Notes under the pieces: generated by a model
What the model was told of the DNA's origin: nothing
The model's database searches: none
Seen by the model: only the letters and a program-made list of their open reading frames with translations
DNA from: Ascidiella aspersa
Taxonomy: Eukaryota
Length of the DNA stretch: 64,000 bases
Reading direction: 5' to 3'
Assembly: GCA_963924565.1 (NCBI GenBank)
Contig: OZ004610.1
Span: forward strand, 10,354,001-10,418,000
Made by a program: the position numbers and the translations under genes
In this document: piece by piece, positions 22,701 through 34,043 of the stretch
Position numbering within the stretch: the stretch's first letter is position 1
Layout of the letters: each line of letters opens with the position of its first letter

Positions 22701-25700
22701 GTAAAAATAATAGCTATCTCTTGAACTAAAGACAATGCTATGCCCTCGAGAATAATAACGGTTGATTTCTGAAAGGTCGATGTAATTGTAATTTATAATT
22801 GTTTGATGTTTTATCACAGCTGTTTTATTGTTTCTAGTTTCCAGTTGTACCTTTTTATAATTTATAATACTTCACATATATAGTCACAAAAGTGCAAAAT
22901 TATACACTGACTACCATGATATTTTATAACTCTTCATATATATTGTAAGTCTGTAAATTTCTTACATTTCTTAATATTCCTTTGTATTTTTGTTTAAAAT
23001 TTGTTTAGTATATGCCTCACTTGTTCTAAGATTATAAAGCACTGTGTTATTATTGCCTAAGAATGGGTCGTTGTTTTCTCATTAATTATTCATGATGCAT
23101 CAATTCACTCACACACACGCACTGCTCTCCCACCAAAACATGTTTAAAAATATAAGGTTAGACCCTTTCTACCCTGACCTTAAGGTAGACCGAACCAGTA
23201 TAATAAAATATGTATGTGTTTTTAAGCATACTCCCAATCTCTTGTCTAATGTTTAAGCTTTACATTTTTTATTACATCTTTGCTATGATATTTAAAATGT
23301 TTTATGTTAATAGTTCTTGGTAGGCTTTAAGCTTTAAAATGCCCTGCACTTTTTATCATAGTAGGGTAAAGTATATTTCATAAACCTATATTTAGGGTTA
23401 AGTACTGGTAATCCTACTGCGTCTTCACACTAATATGACCAATGAGCTATTTTTTATATCTTTTTAGTAGTCTCTAATGTTTTTACCTTGGTATATATGA
23501 CATAAATATTTTTAACAAATTTTAAGAAGTTTGATATAGAATATATACCTATTTAAATCCTATTCCGCTTACCTCAATTCAAAAGTCACAACTTATTTGC
23601 TTTGCGTCGTCGCATTTCTATTATTTGAGAGACCCGTGTTTGCAGTTGCTAAGGCTCTTAAGTGTGTTTGTCTTGTGGCGGTGACAGATTTGTCATCAAA
23701 CAATGGTCAATGTCAGCTTAGAATATTACTGATTTTTTCTTGCAAAACAGGATCACAATGTTGTTGTTTATTTTTCTAATTTAATAGAAGTATTTTCATA
23801 AGTTGGAACTCAATTTAGATACAACATCTTCAACTGAAAAATTCACCTTGTTCTTATCATCAACACTTTATGTTGTTTCAGGGACAAATACCTTCCAGAA
23901 CCTTCAATCAGAAACATGGTATACCAAGTACTACAGGGTATGGCTTTCATGCATAAACATGGCTTCTTCCATCGCGATATGAAGCCTGAAAATCTGCTGT
24001 GCATGGGCCCTGAACTGGTGAAAATTGCCGATTTTGGCCTTGCAAGAGAAATTCGTTCCAAGCCCCCTTATACAGATTATGTCTCAACTAGATGGTAATT
24101 TTTTTGTAATTGATATAAATTTCATTGCTTTACCCCTGAATGTTTTTTATCGGTTGCCAAAAATATGTATGTTTAATTTGAGGCATCCTGGTGGGAACAT
24201 AGTTGAAATAAATAGTAAAGCATTCAGGCATTATTACATTTTCAAAGTTTAAATTAAAGCTTATAATTTATGAATTTGTGTTATTATGATCCATCTCTAT
24301 ACAGTAACAATAAATTCCTTGCTCTAAAAAGTTAAGAGCTCACAACTTGATAAACCTTTGGCACACACCCCAAATTTTAAAACAGATTGCCTTCTGTTAT
24401 GTTTTAGGTATCGAGCCCCAGAAGTTCTTTTAAGATCATCCAACTACAGCTCTCCAATTGACATCTGGGCAATAGGTTGTATCATTGCTGAGCTGTACAC
24501 CCTAAAACCTCTATTTCCTGGCACTTCTGAAATGGATGAAATCTTTAAACTCTGTCAAATCCTCGGCCCACCAACCAAGGTATAGTGCACGTATCTCATA
24601 TTTGTATACCTCATATTTGCAGTATTGTTTAAGAAAAATAACAATATGCTGTTAACTAAAATTTAAAGTGATATGTGATCTACCAGTAATAAAAAAATCA
24701 ATTTTATAACTAATGGAATATCTATTGTTTTCGCAAATAAATGACGATATGAATAATATGTGTCTGAACGTTTGTGCTTTGACCTTACCAGACACTTATC
24801 TCATATTTGTATACCTCATATTTGCAGTATTGTTTGCAAGGAAAATAACAAAAGGTGTTAATTAATTAAACTTGATGTTTTTGTTTGTGCTTTGTAAATT
24901 ACCAGTAAAAAAGAACAATTTAATAACTTGGCATTGGAATATCTATTGTTATCTAAAATAAATGACAATATGTAGAATATGTTTCTGAACGTTTGTGCTT
25001 TGGCCTTCCCAGACTGACTGGCCCGAAGGCCACAATCTTGCCAACCAGATGAATTTCCGGTGGCCACAGGTGACTGGAGCCAGTCTCAAAGCAAAAGTTC
25101 ACAATGCCAGTCCCGAGGCGCTCCAGTTGATTGTTGACATGCTCCAATGGAACCCAAAGAAACGGCCCACTGCTAGCCAAGTGAGTCCAATGTCGCTGAG
25201 CACTATGCTGTTGGTTTAAGGTATTGATTTTTTCTCAGAAAAATGTATAAGATAAATCCGGAAAACAGCCATTAGGCATTTACAGAATGATTAAAATTGA
25301 ACGCACGATTTGTTATTAGATTACAGAGCATCAGCCATTGCTATTATAAAAACAAACACATAAAAAGGTGCATGTTACTAGAGTTAATAATTTCAGAAAA
25401 TAAAATCTTCTACTATATGCCAAAAGTCATGAACAAACATCGATTTTTGTTACACATCACATTTATGCCGAAATGGTGCGCTTATCACCTATGATTAAAA
25501 TTATGGACATGCCAGTCAACGCCTACAAAACACGGCCGTTGTTTTTTACCAGGCACTCCGCTATCCTTACTTCAGCGTCAACCAGGACCTGGGTCCAAAA
25601 ATAACGCAACAACAAGCGCTGCATAAGCTCTACGAGCAGAAGCAATTCGGTAACATCAGCCCGCCTGCGCTACCGGCTGCCACCCAGGAACAACCTCCTT

Positions 25701-28700
25701 CCCTTGATGTGAGAAAGCGCGTTTCACCCGCGCAGCCGGCGGTTCCAAAGCACCAACAGAAACCTCATCCTTCAATTCATAAGGCCGCCGAGCCCGCAAG
25801 GGAAAACGGCGACGCCAGACACAGGCCCAACGGTATCCGCAAATCTTTACCCCCTGCTAACAAGTGGAATCCCAAGCCGCCGCCGCCGAAAGTCACCGAT
25901 GACCTCGACGACGATTTCAATTTAGATTTCTCGCTGGAACTCGACAAGTTTCCATCCAAGGAGAGCGCTGCCCCAAAGTCGAAACACGCCCCCGAAAAGC
26001 CAGCCGAGCACAAGCACGCAACGAACTTGGCCGACCCGGACGGCTTCCTGCAAGAGCACAAGCAGCAAGACGCCAAGCTTCCCGGCGACGCGAAAGTCAA
26101 GTCGCGCCCACATCGGCCCACGCACCTCTCCACGTTCAAAAGCCTGCTGGACGACGACGAGGTCGACTCGATCATCGGCAGCGGTAGTCCGCCGAGGATG
26201 CTGCATCGCGGCGCCTCGATCGAGCGAAAGGACAGCAGTGGAAGCCGGGACACCAGTGCAATGAGGTTCCGCTCCAGCGTCGCCAAACACGCCACCTACT
26301 CGCGGCTGCCAAACCCCGGCGCCGCCAAGCCCGTGGCCAACGGCGGAGTGCACGGAATGGCGCTTAAGAGCAACAAACCACCTGCTAGAGCGGGCGGCTA
26401 CCATCACAACTCCGGAACGAACTACGATCCTTTCTCGTTCGACTCCGACTCAAACCGAAACAACAATAACAGCGGGTTCGATTTTAATCACAACCCCCAC
26501 GCCCACGTCCACAAACCACCGATGGGCCGACGCCCCTTGGGTCAGCGAAACGCCCACTGGCACGACACCTTCTCGGACAATAAGGCAAGTGAGCCGCTGC
26601 CACCCCTCGGAAAACAGTTGCACCATATGGATGAAAGGTAAATACTACAATTTATACCAATTATTGAGATGTGTACAGCTTTATGGGTTGAGTGTCGTGT
26701 TTTGTTTATTTATTATTCTGTGATAAGGTCTACATTTAATTGTTTAGGTTAGAGCTATCCCCATTGGTTAACTTTCAATCGAACACGTGTTATTAGTGAA
26801 ATATTGCATTGTTGTATTGTGTCTGTTTGCTTGCCACCCCCGTATATAAATAAATGTACATTCCAATTCCTAGGTTTTTGCTTTGCCGAATTATTTTCGG
26901 CGATCTTAACGCACAATATCTTCGCAGCTCGACCAAGACAGACAGCATAGGCAGCAAGCCAAGCGGGCGCAGAAGATGGGTGACGGTGCCCGGGGTTAAC
27001 AACAAGTTAACTTCTCTTGAAGATTTCGGCCTCGACATCAAACGACCACCTAACGCGAGGTTCGGCGGTAAAAAGAAGGGAGACAATATGGACTACCTGT
27101 TCGGGTTAGAAAGAAGCTATACGTTTTTTTTTCATTTTAGAGAATACGAAATCCCAGTCGCGCGATTCATAGATTTTAAATTTGTTTTCGAGAATTTTTT
27201 GTGCTTGTTGAAACGCATGGACAATTGGAATTCAATGCCAAGGTTTTCGTAACAATTTAATTAAAAAATTTAAGTCGATAATATCAAAATATTTCCGTGT
27301 TTTATCGTTTAAAAAGTATTTGTCGATTATACGTAAAGTTCTGGCTGTTATGGTTTTGTCGAAATTGTTTTTCTGTGTAAAAATGAAAAAAATTGGGATT
27401 TAAACAGCACCGACTCGCATTTTAGCGTAATTTCGAGAGCACAAGTTCTGATTAAAGTGCGGGCGGTTTGTTTCGTACGTTTAAATTGGTAAAACTTCGC
27501 TCCGCAGAAGTCCCGAGTCCAAGTACGCGCCAAGGCAGCGAGACAGTGGAGTTCCGTCGTCCAAAGTTTCACCCCAGCGTCTGTCTGGCAAAAAGAACTA
27601 CTACTTGTCCAGTAAGTCGTCGGCCGTTTTCGAGTTGTGATAGGGCCCGTATACAAAGGCTATGGATGTTGTTTTTACGCGTCTCGCGAATGATGCGCGC
27701 CTCATTTTTTGTGTGTATTGTAGGCTTGAAAATGAAAGGCAACGAGGGCAGCGCCTGGACCAAACAAAGCACTTACCAGTCACCGTACAAACAAGGTTGG
27801 TGACAGGATTAAGTTTGCCGAAAGTAACTCGGGATTGCGCCGGTTTACCGAAAAGCCTATTTTTGTCTTTTTGATTAATTTTCTTAATAATTTCTGTTCT
27901 TTGTTAGGTGCCACACAATAAGAAACCGTTACAAAAGCGTAGCCTTTCGACCTTTTGTGTTTACTAAGATTATTATAATACGCGTCGCGCAAGTCTCAAA
28001 ATATTAAAATTAAACAGGTTTTTGACTCATTTGTTTGTCCGAGCTTCTGTGTTTTTTCCTTTTCTCTTTTCAATCCACATCTATGTGCATCAGCGATTCT
28101 AATATTTCTTTGCCCATCGTCCTGTAGTAACACAAACGAAGGAGTATTCCGTCGGTGCACCTTACTTACCGTCCTTTGCTACCAAAAAAGAAGTGGGATC
28201 AGCTGGGCAGCGAATTCAGCTCCCCGTGGCTCCTGCAACCAGTAAGTTGCACCTCTTTCTCTTTTAAATATTGTAATGTGTACATGTTTTTTTTTAGGTT
28301 TGGCTTTAGTGATCACTAAAAGTTTTAGGGGATATCTTTTTCACGTTTTAAGAGTCCGACATTTCATCATACCCCGGGACACACCGTTTTTCAGTTTTTA
28401 AATTCGCTATTTCATCATTCACAGAACTGTAGCTACAGCTATATTTTGGGAGACCTTTAGAGATTTGGTCTTTTTTAACACCATAAAAAGCACTGACTGC
28501 GTATATAAAAAAAAACGACTAACCATAAGCGGAAATCTAAAGTAGTTAACGCACCCCATCAGATGTTTGGATTTATTTTGTGCCAAAAATATTATTAATT
28601 CTCGCTCCACATTATTCCTTGTTATTTATGTAATGCTATTACATTTAAAGTCATCAATGTTTATTTAAAATTCACTGCCACGCCCTAAGACAATCCCTTG

Positions 28701-30711
28701 CCAATCAATATAGCTTTTGTTGGATGGCCGTGTGTTTTTCGCTCACATGCAAATACCCGCCATTTCGCGGCATTACAAGATTCGTTTTAAAAGAAACACA
28801 TTTTAGATCTTGCCATCCTTTTAAACACTTACGTCACCGGGTCTCCGAGTGTTCGCGTTACACCTTAAAGCAAACCCTAGCGCCGGCCTTTGTTCAGCTT
28901 TGGTGACGCACATGGCCCAACCCCAATTAAAACCGCAGCGACGCTAAAGCTCCGTACCTTCCTTTTTTCCAGGCTTCAGCACGTGGAAATCCCGCGCTAT
29001 GGGCTCCCAACTTCAGCCGGCCGTGACCAACAAGACGAGTCCACCTACTATGCGACCTCAGGCCGTCAACGACCATATCGGCCGGACCGATTGGAAAGCC
29101 AAGTGAGTGACCTAAAAATCATTTCTCAACCGCATTGCTCGGCCGTGCACCGAGATTAATCGCAGATTAACTTGATGTGCTTTAGTTGATTCGCGTGTTC
29201 CCGTTTGGCACTTGAGTAGCCAATCGTAGTCCAGCTTTAGCACTTTTATGTCGCTAGGTAATGAATTTTTAAGTCGCAGGAAATGAGACCCAATATGCGT
29301 CGACTACTCTTTTCGAGTGGCCACGTATACTAACCCATCACAACTTTAAAAAATCGCGCCTGTTTAATACTTATCCTTAATTTTTCATTCGGTTAGGAAA
29401 AATGGCAGAACAAAGTAGACCTCAAAATAAAAATTCTACCGAGTACATTCAAAGTATCATACTTTAAGCCATGCTGGCTAAAGTAACACAGTCACTGTTT
29501 TTGAATATACGCGAGTGTGCGCTGTTCGTCAAAGGCAAAAAGGGATCAGTGGACCAGTATTTAAAGCAATTACTTTTTAAACCACTTGAGCGCATGTTAT
29601 AATCGGATCACTTGCGTTGAATGACCTTAATTATTTTCGATTGTCCCATACCAGTGGTATACACTGTAGTATAGTATTTGACCGTTTCTCCATGAGGGTG
29701 ACATCGTTGTTTTTGTTTGCAAACCACGTAGCCATTGCTGATTAACAATTCGCAATGATGATTTGGACGACATTTAAGTAGAACGTCGAGTTATTGTAAT
29801 GTGGCGTCACGTTCAAGGCATCATTGTAGTTCGTCGACCTTTTGTCTTATTTGTGAGTTGTGACACACGCGCGCACCACGGTTGTCTGAGTGGCAACCTG
29901 GGTTTTGGCCAGCTGGGCACTTAACTAAAGGGCAGACGTCGTCATTTTGAAGTGCCCTTAATTTGCAGTATTCTCCTGTTTGAAATCCCACGCTAATCTT
30001 GGTATTTTCATGAAATATATACAATGCTTAAACGTACGCCCTTAAAATAATGCGAGTTTGTGAAATTACATATGTCTGTTGCCAGTGGTTCTTAACCTTT
30101 TTAGCTTACGGACCGTAAAACTTTCAAAACAAGTTTTGCGGACCGGTGAACCTTCAAACATCAAGTCGACCCAAAATGTAATTACGACGAAAGTATATGC
30201 AACTTAAAAGCAAAAAATGGAAACGTCAATTTAATAAGCAATTTGCTTCTGTCTTTTTAAAATCATACGTGTTTTACATGGTTCATTGAAGTTTTTCACC
30301 TACAACTGGTTTTAAAGCTTATGACTTAAACGAGTTGTAGCCTACTACAACACTTGCACCATTGTGACGAACAATAAAGTCCAAAGTAGACCATAACTCT
30401 ATGTTGCGTCACAATGCAGCAAATTACGGAACTAGCGAAGTTCTACATTTGATGGACAAGGTTTTAACATCTTACAACTAAGATAAAACATTGTAATATA
30501 TTTGGCGGACCGGCAGGAAAGTTGGTGCGGACCGGCGGTTGGGAACCACTGTGTTATACCATACGTGTACTGTACAACTGTACATATACAATACACTAAA
30601 AAGGCTCATCAAATTATCGCGTTGGTGCCTATTGTGCAATTGTGCCGTTTTGCATGTTTTATTTAACAGTCGTTTTGTTTTGATATTTTCAGGTATGGAG
30701 GTCCAAGGTAG
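19737..30711 (+). CDS. MAK/CILK1: MAK/ICK (CILK1, DYF-5) family ciliary Ser/Thr kinase, canonical isoform
   Basis: Exons 19737-19837, 21993-22169, 23882-24094, 24408-24579, 25013-25180, 25553-26637, 26928-27104, 27508-27611, 27724-27795, 28128-28241, 28973-29102, 30693-30711. [55 protein letters not shown] (TDY). Tail motifs [21 protein letters not shown] and [13 protein letters not shown]. Confidence 0.93.
21183..21367 (+). CDS. MAK/CILK1: Alternative first coding exon of the MAK/ICK kinase (duplicated subdomains I-II with a 28-aa extension)
   Basis: [61 protein letters not shown]+TT|gtaagt. Same phase 2 as 19737-19837; joins the acceptor at 21992 in frame. Confidence 0.85.
24592..25012 (+). 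repeat. Tandem duplication (~200 bp x2) forming most of a MAK intron
   Basis: tatctcatatttgtatacctcatatttgcagtattgttt...ggaatatctattgtt...ctgaacgtttgtgctttg.cctt.ccag at 24592-24791 and 24797-25012. Confidence 0.85.
30083..30551. mobile_element. hAT-like MITE in the last MAK intron
   Basis: Ends cagtggttcttaacc / ggttgggaaccactg; subterminal cggaccg repeats; TSD not preserved. Confidence 0.65.
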
Positions 30712-31561
30712 AATTTGACCTTGGCAACACCTAAAGCACTTGAACGACGCACGAAACACTGTTCCTGTTTTGTTTTTCTGTAACGAATTTTAAACACATT
30801 TTCTGCAATTCTGTGTTTGTGTGACGCAGTTGCTGAAGCGTGACCATCGGCTACTGTATTCTTTATTGTATTTTTTCTTCTTTTTCTCATTTTCGCGACA
30901 TTGTGAAGCGTTTTTTTTAAATGTAGCTGTAGCAAGTTTTTTTGCTTCTATTTTGCGTCGATACACTTTCTTCAGCACAATCCCTTTTACAATCTCTTGT
31001 ACTGTTTTTTGACGGCGCTGCAAGATTTTTTCTACGGCACCTTTATCTTTTAAAAAAGGTTGCTGGGTTTCGTTCAAAATCCGATTACATTTACCGCAAA
31101 TAGTATTACATTGCATTTTAAAACCTTTATTTATCGTTACTGGTTCAACCCTGCAATTGGTCTGAAGCTTAAATAAATATAATTAATATTTTTTTATCGC
31201 TCGATATCGTTTTGTAATAAAGCAACTTATTAGTCATCTGGTGTTATTTGCAGTGTTCTAAAGAATTATACCAGACAAGTTTATCCTTTTTAACAAATGG
31301 CAGGTTGCAGTTCAAGTCATTGCCATATCAGTTCAAATCCAGGTCACATCATTAGCATCAAAAATCTTAAAAAAAAAGTATAAATGCGTTTTATTCCTAA
31401 CGAGTTTTCGCACAGCAAACACCAAGCCGGATTAAAAGAGAATGTATTTAATCAAAGCACCCTAATAAGTCCTAATAATAAGAGTCATTCAGTAAATAAC
31501 CTACTCCAAGACAAGTTATGTGTCAAAATGAATTGAATGATTTTTGCCTGTAAGATTTAAG

Positions 31562-32120
31562 TCGGGGTTGCACAGCCTGCAGCCGTTGATTATAGCTTTT
31601 GCGGCCGTAAACGTGTTTTGGGAAAATGCAAATGTTGGCGGCGGTAGTGCCCACTTAATGCGGAAATTGGGATTTTGAAACAGGTTTAAAATTAGGCAGG
31701 GTTTTTATGCCAGGCAGAGATCCATTGCTGGTCATCAGGCTAAGAGCTTGTCCCATAAAAACTATATTCTTCACCAACTTATATTATATAAATATTTTTT
31801 TCGTGCTTCGCGCAAACTTCTATCTCCCTTTATTTTTTTGGCCGTTTCAAGTAAATCTGATCATTTTAAAGGCGCTATGTATTATGTAGAATGTTGCGCC
31901 ACCTAACCAACAAAATCTATAGAGTAGAATTTCTGTTAAATCAGAACCTAAACGCCTGTATTTTTAACAATATGAGATCAAAGGCCCATTCCAGATTTCT
32001 TTTTTTAAATTAATTGTTTTATGACGTCAAGTTATGACTTAACCTTCATCTACTGGCGGCCGTGAGGAAAATAAAGACTGTCAATATGGTCGTCAACAGC
32101 TACAAGGTTGTGCACCCTGA
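31562..32120. mobile_element. MITE
   Basis: Inverted ends tcggggttgcacagcct / aggttgtgcaccctga. Confidence 0.55.
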
Positions 32121-32377
32121 CTAAAGTCAAGGAATTTGAAAACGCTGGGCTACTTAAGTCCAATCATTTTTTTTTAGATTAGATTTTAAATTTATTTCGG
32201 AACAACGGTACCGGTACATGCATGCAAAATTTGAAATAATAAAGAAGCGTCCCTAGTTCCCAGGGGGCGACGAAAGATTGTTAAGTCATCTGGTGGCTGC
32301 CCCCTGGCTGTGATTCAATTCAAGTTCATTATTTTTTCATATAAAAGAAAGAAAATACGAACCAGATAGGCTACATT

Positions 32378-32892
32378 ACAAAAAGACTATTCGTAAATAC
32401 AAAACCAAATACATTATATTAAACACAATTAGCGTTACATTTGAAAACTTATTAAACATTTTACTGGTACGCAGCGCGCCCACTGTGGAAAGATATAGTT
32501 AAATAGATTTGAAACTGTTTCGGCACAACGGTATATAGGCTTACATGCAAAAACTAAAAACTCGTCCGTAGATTTCAGGGGACGGCTAAGCATTTTTACA
32601 AGAAAAAAAGAAAACGAAACAAGATACTTTACAAAAAGAACTATTCGTAAGTACATCCAGCTGGCGACCGGTGCGCTCGCAGAAGCCAAAATGCATTCTA
32701 TTAAACACAATTAGCGTTACGTTTGAAAACCTATTTAAACACTTTACTGGTACGCCGCCGAGCCCACGGCGAATGGATAGATAAATAGATTCATAATTCT
32801 TTCGGAACAACGGTATATAGGCCTATATACAAACACAAACAAAGCGTCCGTAGACCCCAGGGGACGGCTAAGCATTTTTACAAGGAAAAAGA
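32378..32892 (+). repeat. Tandem duplication (~250 bp x2; partial third copy near 32195-32270)
   Basis: actattcgtaa...attaaacacaattagcgttac.tttgaaaac...tttactggtacgc...caacggtatataggc...cgtccgtaga...ggggacggctaagcatttttacaag occurs twice. Confidence 0.85.
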
Positions 32893-34043
32893 AACATTTA
32901 ACTATTAAGGTCAAGCCTCAATTTTAACGAAACGTCACTGGTTTATAAAGTCTAACCAAAACAATAGTCCACAGTAGTTTGAATTTAAAACAATTTTAAA
33001 GATTGCGAAATACTGAATTTTTAGTACAGATTATTGCTCAAAATTTGGTGTTACTGTCTAGAAAAGTAGTTTACGATTGCGGCACGCAAACGTGTGCATA
33101 GAAACCACTGTTTTATGGTGTTAAATAAATTGAGTTAAAGCAGTTAATGCACAGGCTCGCAGCTTTTGTATTCGCAAAATTAAAAAATGCGCTGAATAAA
33201 AATAGGTTTAAAAGACAGTGTAGCCCAAACCGTATTCAGTGATGACCAAACGTAAAACTTGTATAACCCGAAAGATACTCCAACGTTCCTTGGATCCCTT
33301 TTTAATGTTGAAAACATACGCATACGAAAAAGACATGCAAGGCTTTTCCACACTATCCATTAGACATTTGCTTATATTCAATCTACCCACCTCCTCGTCA
33401 TATAAAACAGATAGTTGTCTATAGTTGTACAACAGCTTTAAACTGCCATTTAGGTCCAGATGAAATGATACAAGTGTATCCTTCAGCTTCATGGATCCCA
33501 GGGCTTCCTTACCTACTTTATGAACTTAATGCCCAGCACTTCTTAACCTTTTATGCGTTTCCTATATTAAAGAGCTGCTCACATTTAGTGCCCCCATGAT
33601 TATAGCTTTTGAAAAAAATGCCTTATGGAGCGTCCCAAGGAAAACCTTTGAAGTCATAATGAAAACCTCGATTTTTAGATAAACTGTCTAATTAATGTAT
33701 GCTCGTGCGCCAAAGGGGGCGATCTTTGGGTCACCGTTAAGAAACGCTGTATTAACCAGTTTAACTTGGCCACTTGGAATCTTGCGAATAGAATGTTTAA
33801 TACCGCACATAAACAAATTCGACAAGTTTATAATGAGGTCAGAATAAGCTCAGCAGATCAACCTCCTTACTAAAAACACGCCAAGCAACTTCTAACGAAC
33901 TCCTTCCCTGTTGCGGTTCGAAAAGCAAGACACAAAAAAGTAAAACGCGATTACAGTGGAAACCTGAGACAAAGGCAGCGAGGAATCAGAAAAACGAAAG
34001 TAAATAAAACACGAAACGTGCAATAAAAAGACAAGAAAGGGAA

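Noticed and set aside
24740-24770. ATGACGA...CTGA in the duplicated MAK intron as a C/D snoRNA
   Set aside because: Too short, C box not kept in the second copy, no rRNA complement recognised, and too close to the acceptor.
30790-31116. Lys-rich 108-aa minus-strand ORF
   Set aside because: Reverse complement of the U-rich MAK 3'UTR.
33208-33492. 94-aa minus-strand ORF downstream of L3MBTL
   Set aside because: No recognisable homology or supporting exon chain; cannot be supported without a search.
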